Part shown: piece by piece, positions 11,805-25,647 of the stretch
Layout of the letters: each line of letters starts with the position of its first letter
Position numbering within the stretch: position 1 is the stretch's first letter
Translations under genes and position numbers: made by a program
The notes under the pieces: model-generated
Database searches by the model: none
What the model saw: only the letters and a program-made list of their open reading frames with translations
What the model was told of the DNA's origin: nothing
NCBI GenBank assembly: GCA_001179505.1
Contig: CDMY01000311.1
Span: 62,387-126,386, forward strand
Length of the DNA stretch: 64,000 nt
Origin: Vitrella brassicaformis CCMP3155
Lineage: Eukaryota; Protista; Chromerida
Direction: 5' to 3'

Positions 11805-14800
11805 ATGGCGAGTGAGGGTGTGCGTCTGAATGACTTCCCGTCCGATGTGACGGCGTGGCTGCTGTCGTTCCTCTGCAATATCGACCTGGGATACGCCTGC
11901 AGAGTCTGCAGGTCCCTTCCCCGAGAAAACACACAGCGCACAGAGGCCATGGGAGTGACGTGACTGTCTTGTTGGTTTGTTTGTTTGCAGGGCGTGGTGC
12001 CGCGATGCCGCCCTCGTCTTCCGAGGCAAAACCAAACTCGACCTGCGATGTGAGCCAGCTAAGGGAGGAGGGCGTGGGGTGGGAACGACTTGTCACTGTT
12101 TGGTTTGTGTGCGTGTGGGGTGTGTCTGTGTGTCCGTGTGTCCGTATGTGTGGTGTCTTATGCAGCGCGGGTCATGCCGAGGGACCTGGAGCTCGGTAAA
12201 CTGCTCGACAGATGGTCAGAATGACGAACGAGGTCTATCGCGCGTGACTCTTGCCAAGGAAGCTATGTCTGTTTGTGTGCAGTCCTCGCGCCAGTGACAT
12301 AGAGGTAGACTGCAACCGTGCGACAGAGCTGGGCGCGATGTGTCTTGACCGGCCGGCCGTCCGCCGCCTCACGCTCGCGGGGCTGGACCACCAGAGGGAC
12401 ACCTTCCTCTCAGGTACAAATGAACGCCGCACACGAACGAACTTGATAATAGGCCAGCTGAGCTATATGTGTGGGTCCCTGTTGGGCGTTGGGTGTGTGG
12501 TGTGATGTGGGCAATCCAGCCCTGTCTGTGTGCGGGGGGCACCTGACGTACCTCTCGATGACGTACTTTGGGGACCACTTCACGAGAAAGTCAGTGCGTG
12601 AGCCGAGAGAGCCCTACACCCATTGCACTGCCAGCCAGGCTTGCGTGCCGCGTGTCGTGTCGTGGGGTGGGCTCGGCGGTTCGGCCTGCCGCCCGTCCGT
12701 CCAGCACTGTCAAGGTGGCCCGAGACCGATCTTGTTGCCATGCCATCGACGTCTGTTTTATATGGCCGGCCGGATAATGGCGTGGCGCGTCGGGCTGGGT
12801 CGGGTCGGGCGGGGCCCTGTCTTCTGGTGTGGCAGGTAATGCCTGACTGACTGACTCGGGGACAGAGCGGTAACTGTTCACCGACCTTAAGAGGGAGGCA
12901 TAAGGAGGGCGCCGTGACAACACATGTCAGGTCACACACACACACTATTATCTCTATTTACGACACACGACACAATGGCTGCCTGCCTGCGATGGATGGA
13001 TGGATGGATGGATCCCTGCATAGATAATCTCCTTCTTCACAACAACTTAATTGACCTTCTTCTCTGGGGGCGGTGGTCCTCCCTCTTGTGTCTGTGTATA
13101 TGTCAGGTCGTTGTCTCGGCTGGGTGAGTCGCTGACGCGTCTCGAGTCGCTGTCCGTTGAGTTCGGCTTCAAGGCACCCTCCACAGCCATCGTCACAGCC
13201 GCCGTCAAAACAGCATACCCCACACTCAGACAGTGAGCGGCATGGCCGACACACTGACTGGCGGACGGACGGACGGACGGACAGACCAATCTATCTATCC
13301 CTGTTTGTTTGTTTGTCTTGCGTGTCTGTCAGGTTGACGGTGACGGACATCGACCGCCCGTGTCTGCAGCTGATCGCCTCTCACCTGTCGCGTGCACTTG
13401 AGGGGCTATCATACACGCGGACATCACTCAACGGCATGCCCATCGACGATGAGCTCCTCCAGGTACAACAAACACGCAACACTGCCACAACCACCGCCCC
13501 TCTCTCTCTCCCTCTCCCTGTGTGTGTCAGTATATTGCTCTCCGTTTCCGCAACTTGAGCACGTTGAAGCTCATCGACAACGTACAGCCGACAGTGCTCA
13601 TCGAGGCGCACCAGGCTGCGGCAGACAATGCCGAGCAGGGTGCTTGTGAAGGGAGCGGTGTGGGCGGTGGGGCGGCTGGCAGCGCGGGCAGCAGCCGTCG
13701 AGGCAGACGGCGGCAGGCCGCAGCCAGACGGGCGGCGGCGTGCGCGGCCAATGGGGGAAACCCGGCTAATGCCAGGCGGCATTTCAATGTGAGACACACA
13801 CATACCATATATGTCATGGGGGAAGGAAGGGGGACACAGGAACGGATAGATGTGATGTGTCTTGTCTGTCTGTCTGTCTGTCTGTCTGTGTGTGTCAGTT
13901 CCCTCCGTTGGTGACCGCCGGCGGTCTGTCTCACCTGAAGCGTCTGTTCGGGAAGCTGCGGGTGCTGCATCTGTGCAGGGGATTCTCGCTCCCCTTCACA
14001 CACACCACCGACGTCGACCTCATGCAAACCTTTGCTGGCCTCCCAAGCAGCATGGAAGAGCTGCAGCTGGACGGGTGGGTAGGGTATCTCATGGAATCAT
14101 ATCGTCAATCAACAAGCCAAACCACCACACCGTTGGCTGTGTGTGTGATGTGTTCGTTCAGCTTCACCAATTTGAGCGATGCCTGTCTGCATGAGGCCCT
14201 CTTCACATCAGCGGCGCCCCCACGCTCATCGCGTCCCTCAGTCACACCCAGAGGCAGCCAGCCACCAATCCCCATCTCGATAACCACCACCACCACCACT
14301 ACCACCAGCAGCTCAAGTGCGGCAGCATCGGGGTCGTCTGGTCGGCTACGTGTAGCGGCTGTCGGCAGCGGCCCTGCTGCCGGTCTGCGGCGTCTGTCGT
14401 TAGAGAACACTGCTGTGAGTGATGTGGCGCTCTTCTCCATCTCTACTATACTGGTATCTATCACCCACCACATGGCAGGCACAGCGACTCACTCAACTGG
14501 GGGAGAGGGGTAGGATAGGATGCATCTATCTCTTATCTGTTTGTTTGTTTGTGTGTGCGTGTGTAGGGAAGTCAGCTGGAGTGGCTGTCGCTGAAGCGTT
14601 GCAAGGGCGTCAGCGAGGCGGGGCTCGCTACACTCGCTGAGCACTGCCCCGTAGGAACAAACAACACCTGACCTGATGCACTCCCAGGACAATGGAACGA
14701 ACAAGTACGTGTGTGTGTGTGTGTGTGGCCATGCAGGAGTTGGTGTCGTTGAATCTGGGTTCGTGTTCTGGTGTGAATGACATGAGTGTGGTGGGGCTGT

Positions 14801-15862
14801 TTGACAGCTGCCGCAAGATCACCAGCCTCGTGCTCAACGACGCCAAGTAAGTGTAAAGATCACATCACACACACTCAGACACACAAATGAGTTCTTCCAT
14901 CCATCCATCCATCTACAGGACATCTCATCGTATGTGTGTGTGTAGGATAACGGACAGGAGTCTGCGTGCCGTCGGGGAGTATTTGGGCGACTCGCTCACA
15001 GAGCTGGCACTCCACAGATGTGACAACATCACCAACGCAGGTAACTAACATCACCCCCTTCTCACACACACACACACACAAATGGTCCCCCCGCCGAGTT
15101 GTGTGTGTCAAATATAATTCAGGTTTGGATGCGTTGAGCCGCGGCTGTCCGCAGTTGGTGCTGCTGTCGCTGAGTATGTGCAACCACATCAGCGACTACG
15201 GCATCAAACAAATCGCACAGCGCTGCACCTTCCTTCAGAAACTCAGACTCGACGGCACCCGAATCGTGAGCACACAAGAGGGTGTGGTGTCTGTGAAACG
15301 AATGTCCGTCGCTGTTGTGTTGTTGTGTGTGTGTTGCAGTCGAATTCTGCGGTCCGGAGCTGTTGCGAGCATCTCAAGAGGCTCCGGCAGCTGCACCTGC
15401 ACAAGTGAGCAAGAGAGACTCTTTCCCAACACCTCCCCCTGTCTCTCCATCCCTCTATGTGTGTGTGTGTGTATGCCTTGCCTGTGCTGTGCAGGTGTTG
15501 GAGTGTGAGCGGTGCTGTGCTGGTAGAGTTCACCGACGACAGGCTGCCCTTCCTCAAAGTGGTCGAAATCCTCAGACACAAAGTTGAGGAAACCCAAATA
15601 CATAACTTCACGTACGCAGCACAGCACAGCAACACACACACAACGTTGCTTGACACTTCCGCACAAGCCAGCCATGGCGTAACACACCGCATCACCGATC
15701 ATCATGTGTGTGGTGTTGGTTGCGTGCAGGCGTCAGATGCGGCCAGAGGTTGCTTTGGTGCTGCATGACGCCTACCAGGGCTGGTCCAAGATCGCCATGG
15801 GCGCCAAGGGATCCGCCAGCTCAGCGAGCAGTTCAGCCAGCAGCAGCTCGGCGGCGGGTTAG
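11805..15862 (+). CDS. F-box / leucine-rich-repeat protein (FBXL-like)
   Basis: N-terminal F-box-like segment LNDFPSDVTAWLLSFLCNIDLGYACRVCR.W is followed by many cysteine-containing LRRs (LEWLSLKRCKGVSEAGLATLAEHCP, LVSLNLGSCSGVND, LTELALHRCDNIT, LVLLSLSMCNHISDYGIKQIAQRC). TAG at 15860-15862. Confidence 0.85.
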
Positions 15863-16668
15863 TGTGGGGTGTTTTCTTGTAGTAGGCGTCCGTACGATTG
15901 AGGGACACACACATACACACATGCACACACACACACACGTCTAGCCAGCCATCTGTCTGTCGACCCGCTTTGTCTCCTGCTCACTGTTGTCGTATGTATC
16001 TGGTGTGGTTGATTACACACACACAGAGTGGTTGGGTTGATTGAGTGTGAGTGTATTGTAGAAGCCGTTCCGTAGCCCGACTTGCTTCCTTACCCATCCA
16101 TGTTGTGTTGCCCACCCCCTCATCCATCCCATCCATCTTCCGTGTGTAGTCGTCGGATGGATGCTACTTGAAAGAGTAGCTACCCAGCCAGCCAGCCAGC
16201 CAGTGTGTGTACCATAGAATGACCGCCTTGCTTGGTTGTTAAGACAATGCATGCCACGGTGCCTGCCTGTATGTGCTGTCGTGTGCACCTTTGAAGCTCC
16301 GTTCAATTATCGTTCGATCATGTTCATCCATCATCGTGAGGTACCGTCAGTCACCTCACCCCTCCCAAAAAGTCAGTCGAGCTGCTCTTTGTTACTTTCT
16401 TCGCCAGCAAGCTAGGGCTCATCAACCACACACCTGTCTGTCCCCCGCCCGTGTAGCCACGCGTGGCAGAAGAGGGTGAGTGACAGGTGGGTGGACACGT
16501 GACCACACAGGTAGGTCACTCACGTAGAGATGGATAGACACAAGAAGGAAGGACACCTCCCTCCTGGAAAGTAAGTAGCAAACTCTCCTCCTAGCTATAC
16601 AGTCAGTCATCTCACTCCCTCCAGTACAGGCGCACAGACAGACTTCACGGGTGGGACACCTTCCTTCT

Positions 16669-18161
16669 TCAGCCCAGCCAGCCTCTCGTCTCCCTCTCCC
16701 TGCCCCCCTCTCTCTCCGCTCCTTGCCTGTCCTTGCCTTTGCTGTCGTCGAACACCAGCCTCGCCTCAGATGAGTCAGGCAGCACCAAAGCCGTCGTGCG
16801 ATACTTGTCCAGCTGTGCCATGCTCTCCTCTGGGCTGACCACACGCGACGCTGCTTGTGCTTTTGAGTTGGCTGGTGGGAACTGTTTGTCGAGGAGCTTC
16901 TTGGTGGTCTCGTAGGCGCCGAAGAAGACGGCGCCGCCGATGCTGATCATGACCACACGTGGCACGACGCCTTGGAACAGGACGGCGAGGCCCTCCTCGG
17001 CCGTGACGGACGCCACGCAGTTGAGGAACCCCGAGTACTGCCCGGGGGCGGCCGTCATCAGCCGAGTCTTGACCACATCGAGTGGGGTTGTCACCGCTGT
17101 GTGCATCAGTCAAGTCAGGCAAGACATACACGCACAGACGATGTGATGTGATGCGATGCGATGTGTTGTGCGGCCCCCAGTGACGCGCTCGCCTGCGGTG
17201 ATTCCTCCGGCCATGCTGCCGCAAGCGAATGTCTGCCAGTTGTCGAGAGTGTCCTTGCCTTGCGCCCTGGCCAGGCCCTTCTTGAAGGCTTCGTATATGG
17301 GGTACTGAATGGCGTCGAACGGCAGGTCCCGCAGGATCAGAGCGCCCAGGCCCGTCCACAGCCCCGTCACGCCCTTGGTCTTGACGAGGGATGATACGCA
17401 GGCCGCTATGGTGGGATCCACGCCAGCTTGCAGACGCTGCACAATGAATGCACACAAAGGCACAGACAGACAAACACCCACATACGCCTGGCCTGCACAC
17501 AGATGGATGACTGTGTGTGGTGTCACACGGACCGACCGACCTGTTTGACGGCTTCGAACGGTGTCCTGACGAGGCTCTGCGCCAGGTTGCCGCACACAGC
17601 GGCAAGGCCATTCCCGAACGGCCTTATCGCAGTCGGCAGAGCGGGCGCCACAGTGCCCCTGAACCAGTCATAGCTGCTGAAAAAGGCTCCAGCACTCGGC
17701 GCCGAGGCGAGCATGGCGGGCAGCAGGCCGGTCCACACGCCTCGCATGAGACCGCCCTTGACGAGTGTACCGCTCTGCAGGCGGGTTTTGACGGTGTCAA
17801 TGGGGTAGATGACGAGGTCGACCACCGTCCCAGCCACCGCACCAGAGCCCAGACCGATGAGGAATGTCCGCAGGGCGCCCTTCTGCTGCTGCTGCTGCTG
17901 CTGATCTATCGATGCTGCTGACGCCGGTGCTGCCGCAATGGATGCATCTGCAGATCTTCTTGTTTCTTGCTCTCTTCTGAGTGCCTCCATCAGCGCTTTC
18001 AACGGTCTTGTGTGCCTGCGGACCGAGGCGGGGTGTCTTCGGTGACGCTGATGGTTGTCGGTGATCAGCGGCTGTGCGAGAGGGTGCCGCTGCCGCTGAT
18101 ATAATGATGAGCCGAGCACCCCCCAGAGAGATGCAACGAGCGCAAACACGAGGCGAAGCAT
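16669..18161 (-). CDS. SAMC: Mitochondrial carrier family protein, S-adenosylmethionine carrier type (SLC25A26/PET8/SAMC-like), with bipartite plastid-like presequence
   Basis: Three carrier repeats with PxD/ExxKxRLQ/M motifs (YPIDTVKTRLQ, TPFEAVKQRLQ, TPLDVVKTRLM), plus ILRDLPFDAIQYPIYE and GVVPRVVMISIGGAVFFGAYE. N-terminus is a hydrophobic signal (MLRLVFALVASLWGVLG) followed by an Arg-rich transit-like region. 3' end uncertain. Confidence 0.85.
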
Positions 18162-18256
18162 TCGGTTTCGTCTGCGAGCTCGAATCCATCGGCCCCAAAC
18201 AGGTGGGGGCGCAGGTGGCCAGTCTCAGGTTTTTTGCGTTTTCTCGTGGCCGAATC

Positions 18257-19640
18257 ATGGCGGGTAAGGAAGTCAGCATCGACGCCCCCCAGGCGCAGTA
18301 CCGTGTCAGCAACGAAGAGTGCCAGTTCTCCCAGCTCCTCCACGACAAGGCTGGTGACGGCAAGGTGTCCGTCGATGACGCCATATCGGCCTACCGCCAG
18401 CTGAACACTTCCACGAGCCGCACCTTTAAGGCCCCTCTGATCGCTCTGTGCGCCATCGGGTACCTCGTGACGGTGGCCATCCTGTTCTCGCTGGTCATCG
18501 CATCGAACGAGCTGACCAAGGTGGGGCTGATGTTGGATTGGAAGGGAGGAGACGGTAAAATGGCGTGTCTCGTGTCTCTTCATGATGCAGGACCTGTCTG
18601 TGGGCCCTCAGGGGAGGCTGATGCGCGCCTTTGGTGGCGGCTGGTTCGGCGGCAAGGCCGACCCAGAGCCAGTGAGGACCATTGATATCCAAAGAAAATG
18701 CGCAAGAAACACGCAGCCAGCCGGTGCATGTTTGTGTCGGTTTTTCGCTTGTGCTGGTGCAGGTGAGCACGAAGGAAGCCTATGACGAGTTGGAGATGTT
18801 TGATTTCCTCGAGATGCCGCTGGCGGACCTCTACAAGGCGGAGTCGCTCTTCCTCACCTTCACGCTCGCCGGAGAGGTGAGTGAGGACACACGGCACAGA
18901 CACTGCAACCTGGCTCATTGATTGATGCCTGTACGCATCTTTCATGTGTGCGTGTACGTATACGGATGAATGAATGTATGTGTGTATGTGTCTATATGTG
19001 CGTCCGTGCAGCACATTGAAAAGTTCTACAAGGTCGCCGAGATCACGCGCAACGTCGACCGCAAACTGGTGGAGATGCACTTCTTCTCAGGTAGCCGCGA
19101 CAAGACACGGAGACACACAGGGAAACGGACGTGGACACATTCGGCTGCTGCATGTATGTCTCCTGTCTCTTTGGCTGTCTGGCTGCAGGTGAGAAGCTGG
19201 TGATGATGCCCCAGGGTGCCAACCTCTACGAGGCTGGCCCCTTGTTCTACAAGAGACCCCTGGCCATCTTCAAGGTATGTACCCCAGCCGCTCCACTCAA
19301 GCCTCTACCCGCCCCTGTATGTTTGGTCAGGGCCCAGCGTTTGACGAAGCCCTGTCTGACGAAGACAACTTCCTCGTGCGCGACGTCGACAATGACAAAG
19401 CCAACACCGGTATACATATATTTGATGTGACGGAGAGAGGCGATCATTAAGTCTCTCCTCTATGTCTGTCTCTTCTTATTGCTTTGTGCGTCCGCCTGTG
19501 TCTAGATGAGAAGAGTGACGTAGCTGAGGACCAGTTGGTGCCTGCAGCGGACAGCACTGACGACAGAGCTCTCCAGAGACGATCGCGGTTCGGCACTGGG
19601 GCGGGATCGGGCAACATCTACTTCAACAGCGGACGTGTAA
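18257..19640 (+). CDS. Hypothetical single-pass membrane protein (7 exons)
   Basis: MAGKEVSIDAPQAQY... with TM segment PLIALCAIGYLVTVAILFSLVIA. Exons splice in frame to ...GNIYFNSGRV*. Confidence 0.7.
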
Positions 19641-20644
19641 GACACACTGCCTGACCTGATTCATCCCTGACTCCCACACACGAGCAGAGAGGCATGGATG
19701 GATGGATGGATAGATGTTGCCATTGGGTGTCTCTTTGTGTATGTGTGGGACCAGATGTATGACCGTGGCGGGATAGTGGATGTGGGCCGGCGCCAGCGAT
19801 TCAATGCCGTGGCCGTCAGAGGACGATGCAGTAAGGCACACCGCACACACATGTGGCAGAGACAAGGACACTGACTTGGTGGTGTTGCCTTTGTGTCTCT
19901 GTCTGCAGGAGGCACGCGTTTCCAATGCAGAGGCTACTGAAGATGACACACACATCCACACACATCCACACAACAGACACGCACACTTTCACTTCCACAG
20001 ACACTTACTTTGACAGACAGACACACACACACACACATGGACATCGTTTTTGTTTAACACACCAGCCAGCGGGACCAGTGCCACATTCCGCCACAGCATG
20101 CAGGCATGTTATGTATGCATTACGGGGTCCACACGAGCGTTTTCCAGCTATTTTTTCGTCCAGTCGATCTTTTTGCGTCCGAAGGACGCTTAAGGGCAGG
20201 CAGGCAGGCAGGCAGACATCACACGTCAGTCAGCTGAGGAATGATGCATGCAGCGGTGCTTAACGCTATAGGGGGCTGGGAGGGGGAAGTAGGGGAATGG
20301 GGGAGAACCGCACAAGGGAAGACAGAAATGAGTCAAAGACACGTACATGGAGATCTTGAACGGCACACACATGTACAGGTCTCGACGGAGGGGAGGGAAC
20401 GAAACAATTGGAAGAACGCGCCGCTCCCTCGGATCTCCCAAAGCTAAGCTCGCTTGTGACCCCCAGTCTTGCAGAACCGATTTGAAGACACCAAAATGAT
20501 ATCAGACGAGTGAGCGCAACTCTTCCTTCGAGCCGCCTCCTTCACATACACACCAGCCCCATCCATCCATTCATTTGTGTGTATGTGCCTGTTGACTGAC
20601 ATACATGTAGGTATGAGCAGCATCTGCAGCAGGTGGCCAACGCC

Positions 20645-23072
20645 ATGGCTGACGAGGCGGCGGCCAAGGAGGAGGCCGACGCCGCCAGCCAGGAGAGAGC
20701 CAGAAAGAGAGCCGAGGAGCACAAGGCTAGACCGCAGAGCACACGCTCGTCCTACCGCATAGGACCGAGGTTCATCATCAAGTAAAGGAGACAGACAGAC
20801 ACCGACGACATCCATCCACCGCACCGCATGCACCACGTGTGTGTCCGGTGTTCTTTTGGTATGCAGCGAGTCTGCCGGTGAGGATTCGGATGTGTCGACG
20901 TTTGTGCGGCAGCCGGCGCCGGGACGTGTGGGGACCGGCCTGGAGATATACTCGCTCCGGTTCTCACCCGAAGGGGACCTCATTGCTGCGGCGTTTGCCG
21001 ATGGGGTCGTCAAGGCAAGTCACAATTAACACTTACTTACATGCGTGAATGAAGAGGGGCAGGCGGGCCTTGTGTCCGTATTGTCATGATCACGTGCAGT
21101 CCATGTCTTAATTAATTGCGTCGTCATGTCTTGTGTGTGTTGCAGGTCTACGCCAGCCTGACTGGCAAGGAGAAGGCGGCCCCAATACACACCGGTAAGG
21201 CGAGGCGCACACACGGACGGAAACTGAAGGGACAGTGACGACGGGGGTGACTGTCTATGTGTCTTTCGCGTATATGGATGGGGTCCGTCCATCCACACCA
21301 GGTGGCCCGGAGCACCTGCCGTGCATGCAAGTGCGGTGGCGGCCGCACCTTGCCACCAGTAGCAAGACCAGAAACGTTGTCGTCACAGTCAGTAAGACAA
21401 GACACACCAGATAACAGACAGACAGACAGACAGACCCGCACAGGACAGAGCACCGAATGTACGTGTACGTGTCTTGGTAACACACACACAGACGCGCAGG
21501 GCAAGATTCAGCAGTGGCATGCGGCGTCGTCCAAGCTGCTGAGCGAGGTGTGGTCGCCCGAGGAGCAGTTCTACTGCATGGACTACACCAAGGATGCCAC
21601 CACCTTCGCAGCCGCCGGCAAACTCAAACAGGTGACGACAAAGAAATGACCACCACACGCAACACAACACACGCCTGGAGAGACATCCATCGCTGCATGC
21701 GTACGTGTGTGTGTCAGATCAGTGTGTATGATGAGGAGACGCGTCAGCTCAAGCAGGTCATGAAGGGCGGGTGAGTTAACTAAAGCAGACAGTCAGACAG
21801 ACAGGGCAAAACTGACTGCATGTGGTGCTTTGCTTCCTTTGTACATGCCATGCAGCGATTACACGACGGCAGTGGGCCATTCGCTGCGCGTCTTTGCCCT
21901 CAAGTTCCACCCACAAGACAGGTAGGTAGGTCGGGGGATAGGGTACCATACATACCCCATCGAAGCATCCACACACACGCGCGTGTCTTGTCTCGTGTGT
22001 ATGCAATCAAATCGCTCAGCAACGTGATAGTGACGGGTGGGTGGGACCAGACGGTCCAGCTGTGGGACTGCCGCCTGAGCCGAGCCGTCCGATCGATTCA
22101 CGGGCCTGACATTCAGGGAGACGCTGTTGACATTTCGGAAGACGGTCAGTCAGCCAGTGCTCACCACACAACATATTCTGATATTGTTTGTGCCTGAGTG
22201 CTGTCGATACTGACTGCATGGCATGGATCGGCTGTGTGTGTGCTGGCTGGGTGTGTGCAGGGAAGACCATTCTGACAGGCTCGCATCGCTCCAAGGAGGC
22301 CCTCGAGGTGCGTGAGACACACACACACGAGAAGAGGAGAGGGCGGGCATACCCGGATGGATGGATGGGTTGCTGTGCCTGCGTGAATTGAAGCTGTGGG
22401 ATGTTGGCTCCCTGAAGCGCACCGACCTGATTGAATGGATGAAACCGGTGGGTGAGCAAAGGACACACAGAGACACACACGCATGTGGGCGCGGCGCGTG
22501 TGTGTCTTGTGCATCAGGACGGCACCCCTGCCGATGAGGGCTGTCCTCTCTACTCGGCGCAATTCAGCAAAGTAAGTCGGATACACCAGAATGAATGGCC
22601 TGTTGTGTGTGCACGTGTGTGCATGTCTCCCTTTCTCTATGTCCATGATCATCTTCACTGCTATCAGGACCCCCAGAGCCGCCTCATCGCCGCTGGTGGC
22701 GGGAGCGGCGGAATGCCCGGAGAGGCGCAGTTCTTCGACCGCACATGCTTCAACGTCGTAAGTGCTGGCTGATGCAAGTGACGCCTCTCAACACACAATA
22801 AATTGCTACCGGCCTGTCCATCCATCCCATTCTGTCTGTGGACGAGCAGGCGTTTGGTTTGATCACGGGTATGGCCAAGGGATGCTTCACAGTCGACTTC
22901 TCGCCCGACAACTCAGCGGTTGGTTGGTTGACCCACCACATCAATCAATCACACACGAGATACACAGCCACTTACATATCTGGTGTCTCTCTCTCCTTTC
23001 CGCCCTGGTATGTATCGTCAGATCGCTACTGCCGGTGCGGACAGCACCGTGCGTGTGCTGCAGATCTACTGA
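20645..23072 (+). CDS. WD40-repeat protein
   Basis: WD repeats: IYSLRFSPEGDLIAAAFADGVVKVY, GHSLRVFALKFHPQD.NVIVTGGWDQTVQLWD, DAVDISEDGKTILTGSH...LWD and FTVDFSPDNS..IATAGADSTVRVLQI*. Confidence 0.9.
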
Positions 23073-23492
23073 TTGGTTGATGTGGGAGTGACATCGCTGG
23101 GTGGGTGCCTGTGGTGAAGGCAGAGAGGGGCCGGGAGTGCTGGACTTTTGAGCATTGTGTCGCTTGTCGACTGACTGACTGACTGACTGACACCATTTTT
23201 CATTCAAACGACGTGGTGGCTGAGATGAGAGGCCGCCGAAAATCTCCCATGCATACGCGCAAGCAGCGCGAGGAAACAAAGCATCAACAAGAGTCATGCG
23301 ACGAAGAGAGATAGAAAACACAAGAAGAATACAGTATATGCGTAGCAAACCACATGTAGCTCCCCTAGCTATTCTGCTGCTGCGAAAACACCCACCCATG
23401 CATCGCATCAATCAACAGCAAAGGGCAAGGAGGAAAACCGAGGAAAAAGCAAGGGGAGACAGACAGAGTGTGTCCAGGTTGGTATGGCTTTC

Positions 23493-25528
23493 TCATGAGC
23501 CGTTGACGTCGCCATCGGTCTTGGTCTTCTTTCTGGGCGGCTCCCCCGCCCCACTCTGGTCGAACACTGGGTTGGTTTGCTGCGTCACCCGCACAAAGGT
23601 GGTCCGCTTGGACAGCTCCTTCAGCAGGGATGCACCCACATATGTGCACGCAGACCTGGGAGGGAAGAAGGAACACAAACCAGGCAGGCGGGGCGGGATG
23701 GATCAGCTGAGGTGGGTGGGNNNNNNNNNNNNNNNNNNNNNNNNNNNNNNNNNNNNNNNNNNNNNNNNNNNNNNNNNNNNNNNNNNNNNNNNNNNNNNNN
23801 NNNNNNNNNNNNNNNNNNNNNNNNNNNNNNNNNNNNNNNNNNNNNNNNNNNNNNNNNNNNNNNNNNNNNNNNNNNNNNNNNNNNNNNNNNNNNNNNNNNN
23901 NNNNNNNNNNNNNNNNNNNNNNNNNNNNNNNNNNNNNNNNNNNNNNNNNNNNNNNNNNNNNNNNNNNNNNNNNNNNNNNNNNNNNNNNNNNNNNNNNNNN
24001 NNNNNNNNNNNNNNNNNNNNGGGTGGATAGGCGGGTTGGTGGGCGTGGCCTGACCGACGCGCCCACCTGAGTCCGCCGAGTATGTCCATGATAGTGTGTT
24101 CAATCGGCCCTCTGTATGGCACCTTGACGGTCTTGCCCTCGCTGGCACGGTACTCAGCCACCCCGCCGGCATACCGATTCATCGCCGTTGCCGAACTCAT
24201 CCCTGCGGCAGCAGGCACATCACATCACACCCGTCCGTCCGCAGATCATCACATTCAAGCATGCGGCCCTGTTCTCGTCTGGCTGGCTGACCGTAGAAGA
24301 TCTTGACTTTCTTGCCGTTTTCTTCCACAATGTCGCCCCCAGACTCGTCATGACCGGCAAGCATGCCACCTGAACAGAGAAAAGAACCACAGGCAGGCGA
24401 CCATAGGTGGCTGGCTGCTATGTAGTCCTTGCAAGCATCACTCACCGAGCATGACAAAGTCGGCTCCGGCACCGAACGCCTTTGCAACGTCGCCAGGATT
24501 CGCACAGCCACCGTCCTGACACATAACACGGGCCCACCTGGTGGGCGTAAGGTAAGGCGTGACGCAGATATGTCGCTCACTGATATGATGTGTCCCCCCA
24601 GTCCGTGTGCAGCATCGGCACACTCAATCACGGCCGACAGCTGCGGATAGCCCACACCTGACACACAATGATGTCTGCAGTGCGCGGATGCAAACAGCTC
24701 TCTTCGCCCTTCTACCTACTCACCTGTCTTTGATCGTGTTGTGCAGACAGACCCGGGACCGATTCCCACCTGACCATGCAAGGCAAGGCACGGTACACAC
24801 TGAAACTAACTGCATGTGTTCACTCACGCCGACCACACGCAGAACGCACCTTGACGATGTCAGCGCCGCTGATGACGAGTTCCTCGGTCATTTCGCCTGT
24901 GACGACGTTGCCGGCCATGATGGTGTGGTTGGGGTACTTGGCGCGGATGTCACGCACGGCCTTGACGAACGTCTCGGAATACCCGTTAGCCACATCAACA
25001 CAGATCATCTTGCAGCCGCTGGCCTGAACCACCTGATCAAACAAACACAACACCACACACACAACACAATCTCACACAACACGGTGACGGCCTCTGCAAA
25101 TGTGTGTGTGTGCGTGCCTTGTCGAGTTTCGCCAGGTCCTCAGATCCGATGCCCGTGCTGACGGCGTAGAAGTCGGTCAGCGCCTTGCCTTTTCCGCCCG
25201 CCCAGGCGCTCCAGTCCTCGACAGAGTAGTGCTTGTGGATCTGCAGACACACACACACGCATGCACATCTCGCCTCCCTCTCTCTCTTTCGCCCACCGGA
25301 CCGCACCGCAGCGACGAGTTTGTGTTTGGCGAAGGCGTCGGCGATGTCGAATGTGCCGGTGGTGTCCATGTTTGCCGCGATGACGGGGACGCCCGTCCAC
25401 ACCTGCCGGGAGTGCTTGAACGTGTAGGTCCTCTCCAAGTTGACCTGGGACCGCGTCGCCAGTGTGCTGCGCTTCGGGCGGATCAGCACATCCTTGAAAT
25501 CCAACTTGATGTCGGCGTCGATACGCAT
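23493..25528 (-). CDS. GMPR: GMP reductase (type 1, GuaC/GMPR); one intron contains an N-gap
   Basis: [134 protein letters not shown] and SACTYVGA are the GMPR1 signature set. Confidence 0.96.
23721..24020. other. Assembly gap (300 N)
   Basis: Run of N inside a GMPR intron. Confidence 0.99.
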
Positions 25529-25647
25529 GTCACACAATGCACGCGATGGATCGGAGATGAGAAAAACGAGAAAAGATTTGCGCGAAACGGCCCAAGCTGA
25601 TGCTGCGGATCCGAGTGGCGAAGGAGGGGAAGTCCCGCTAAGCTTGC

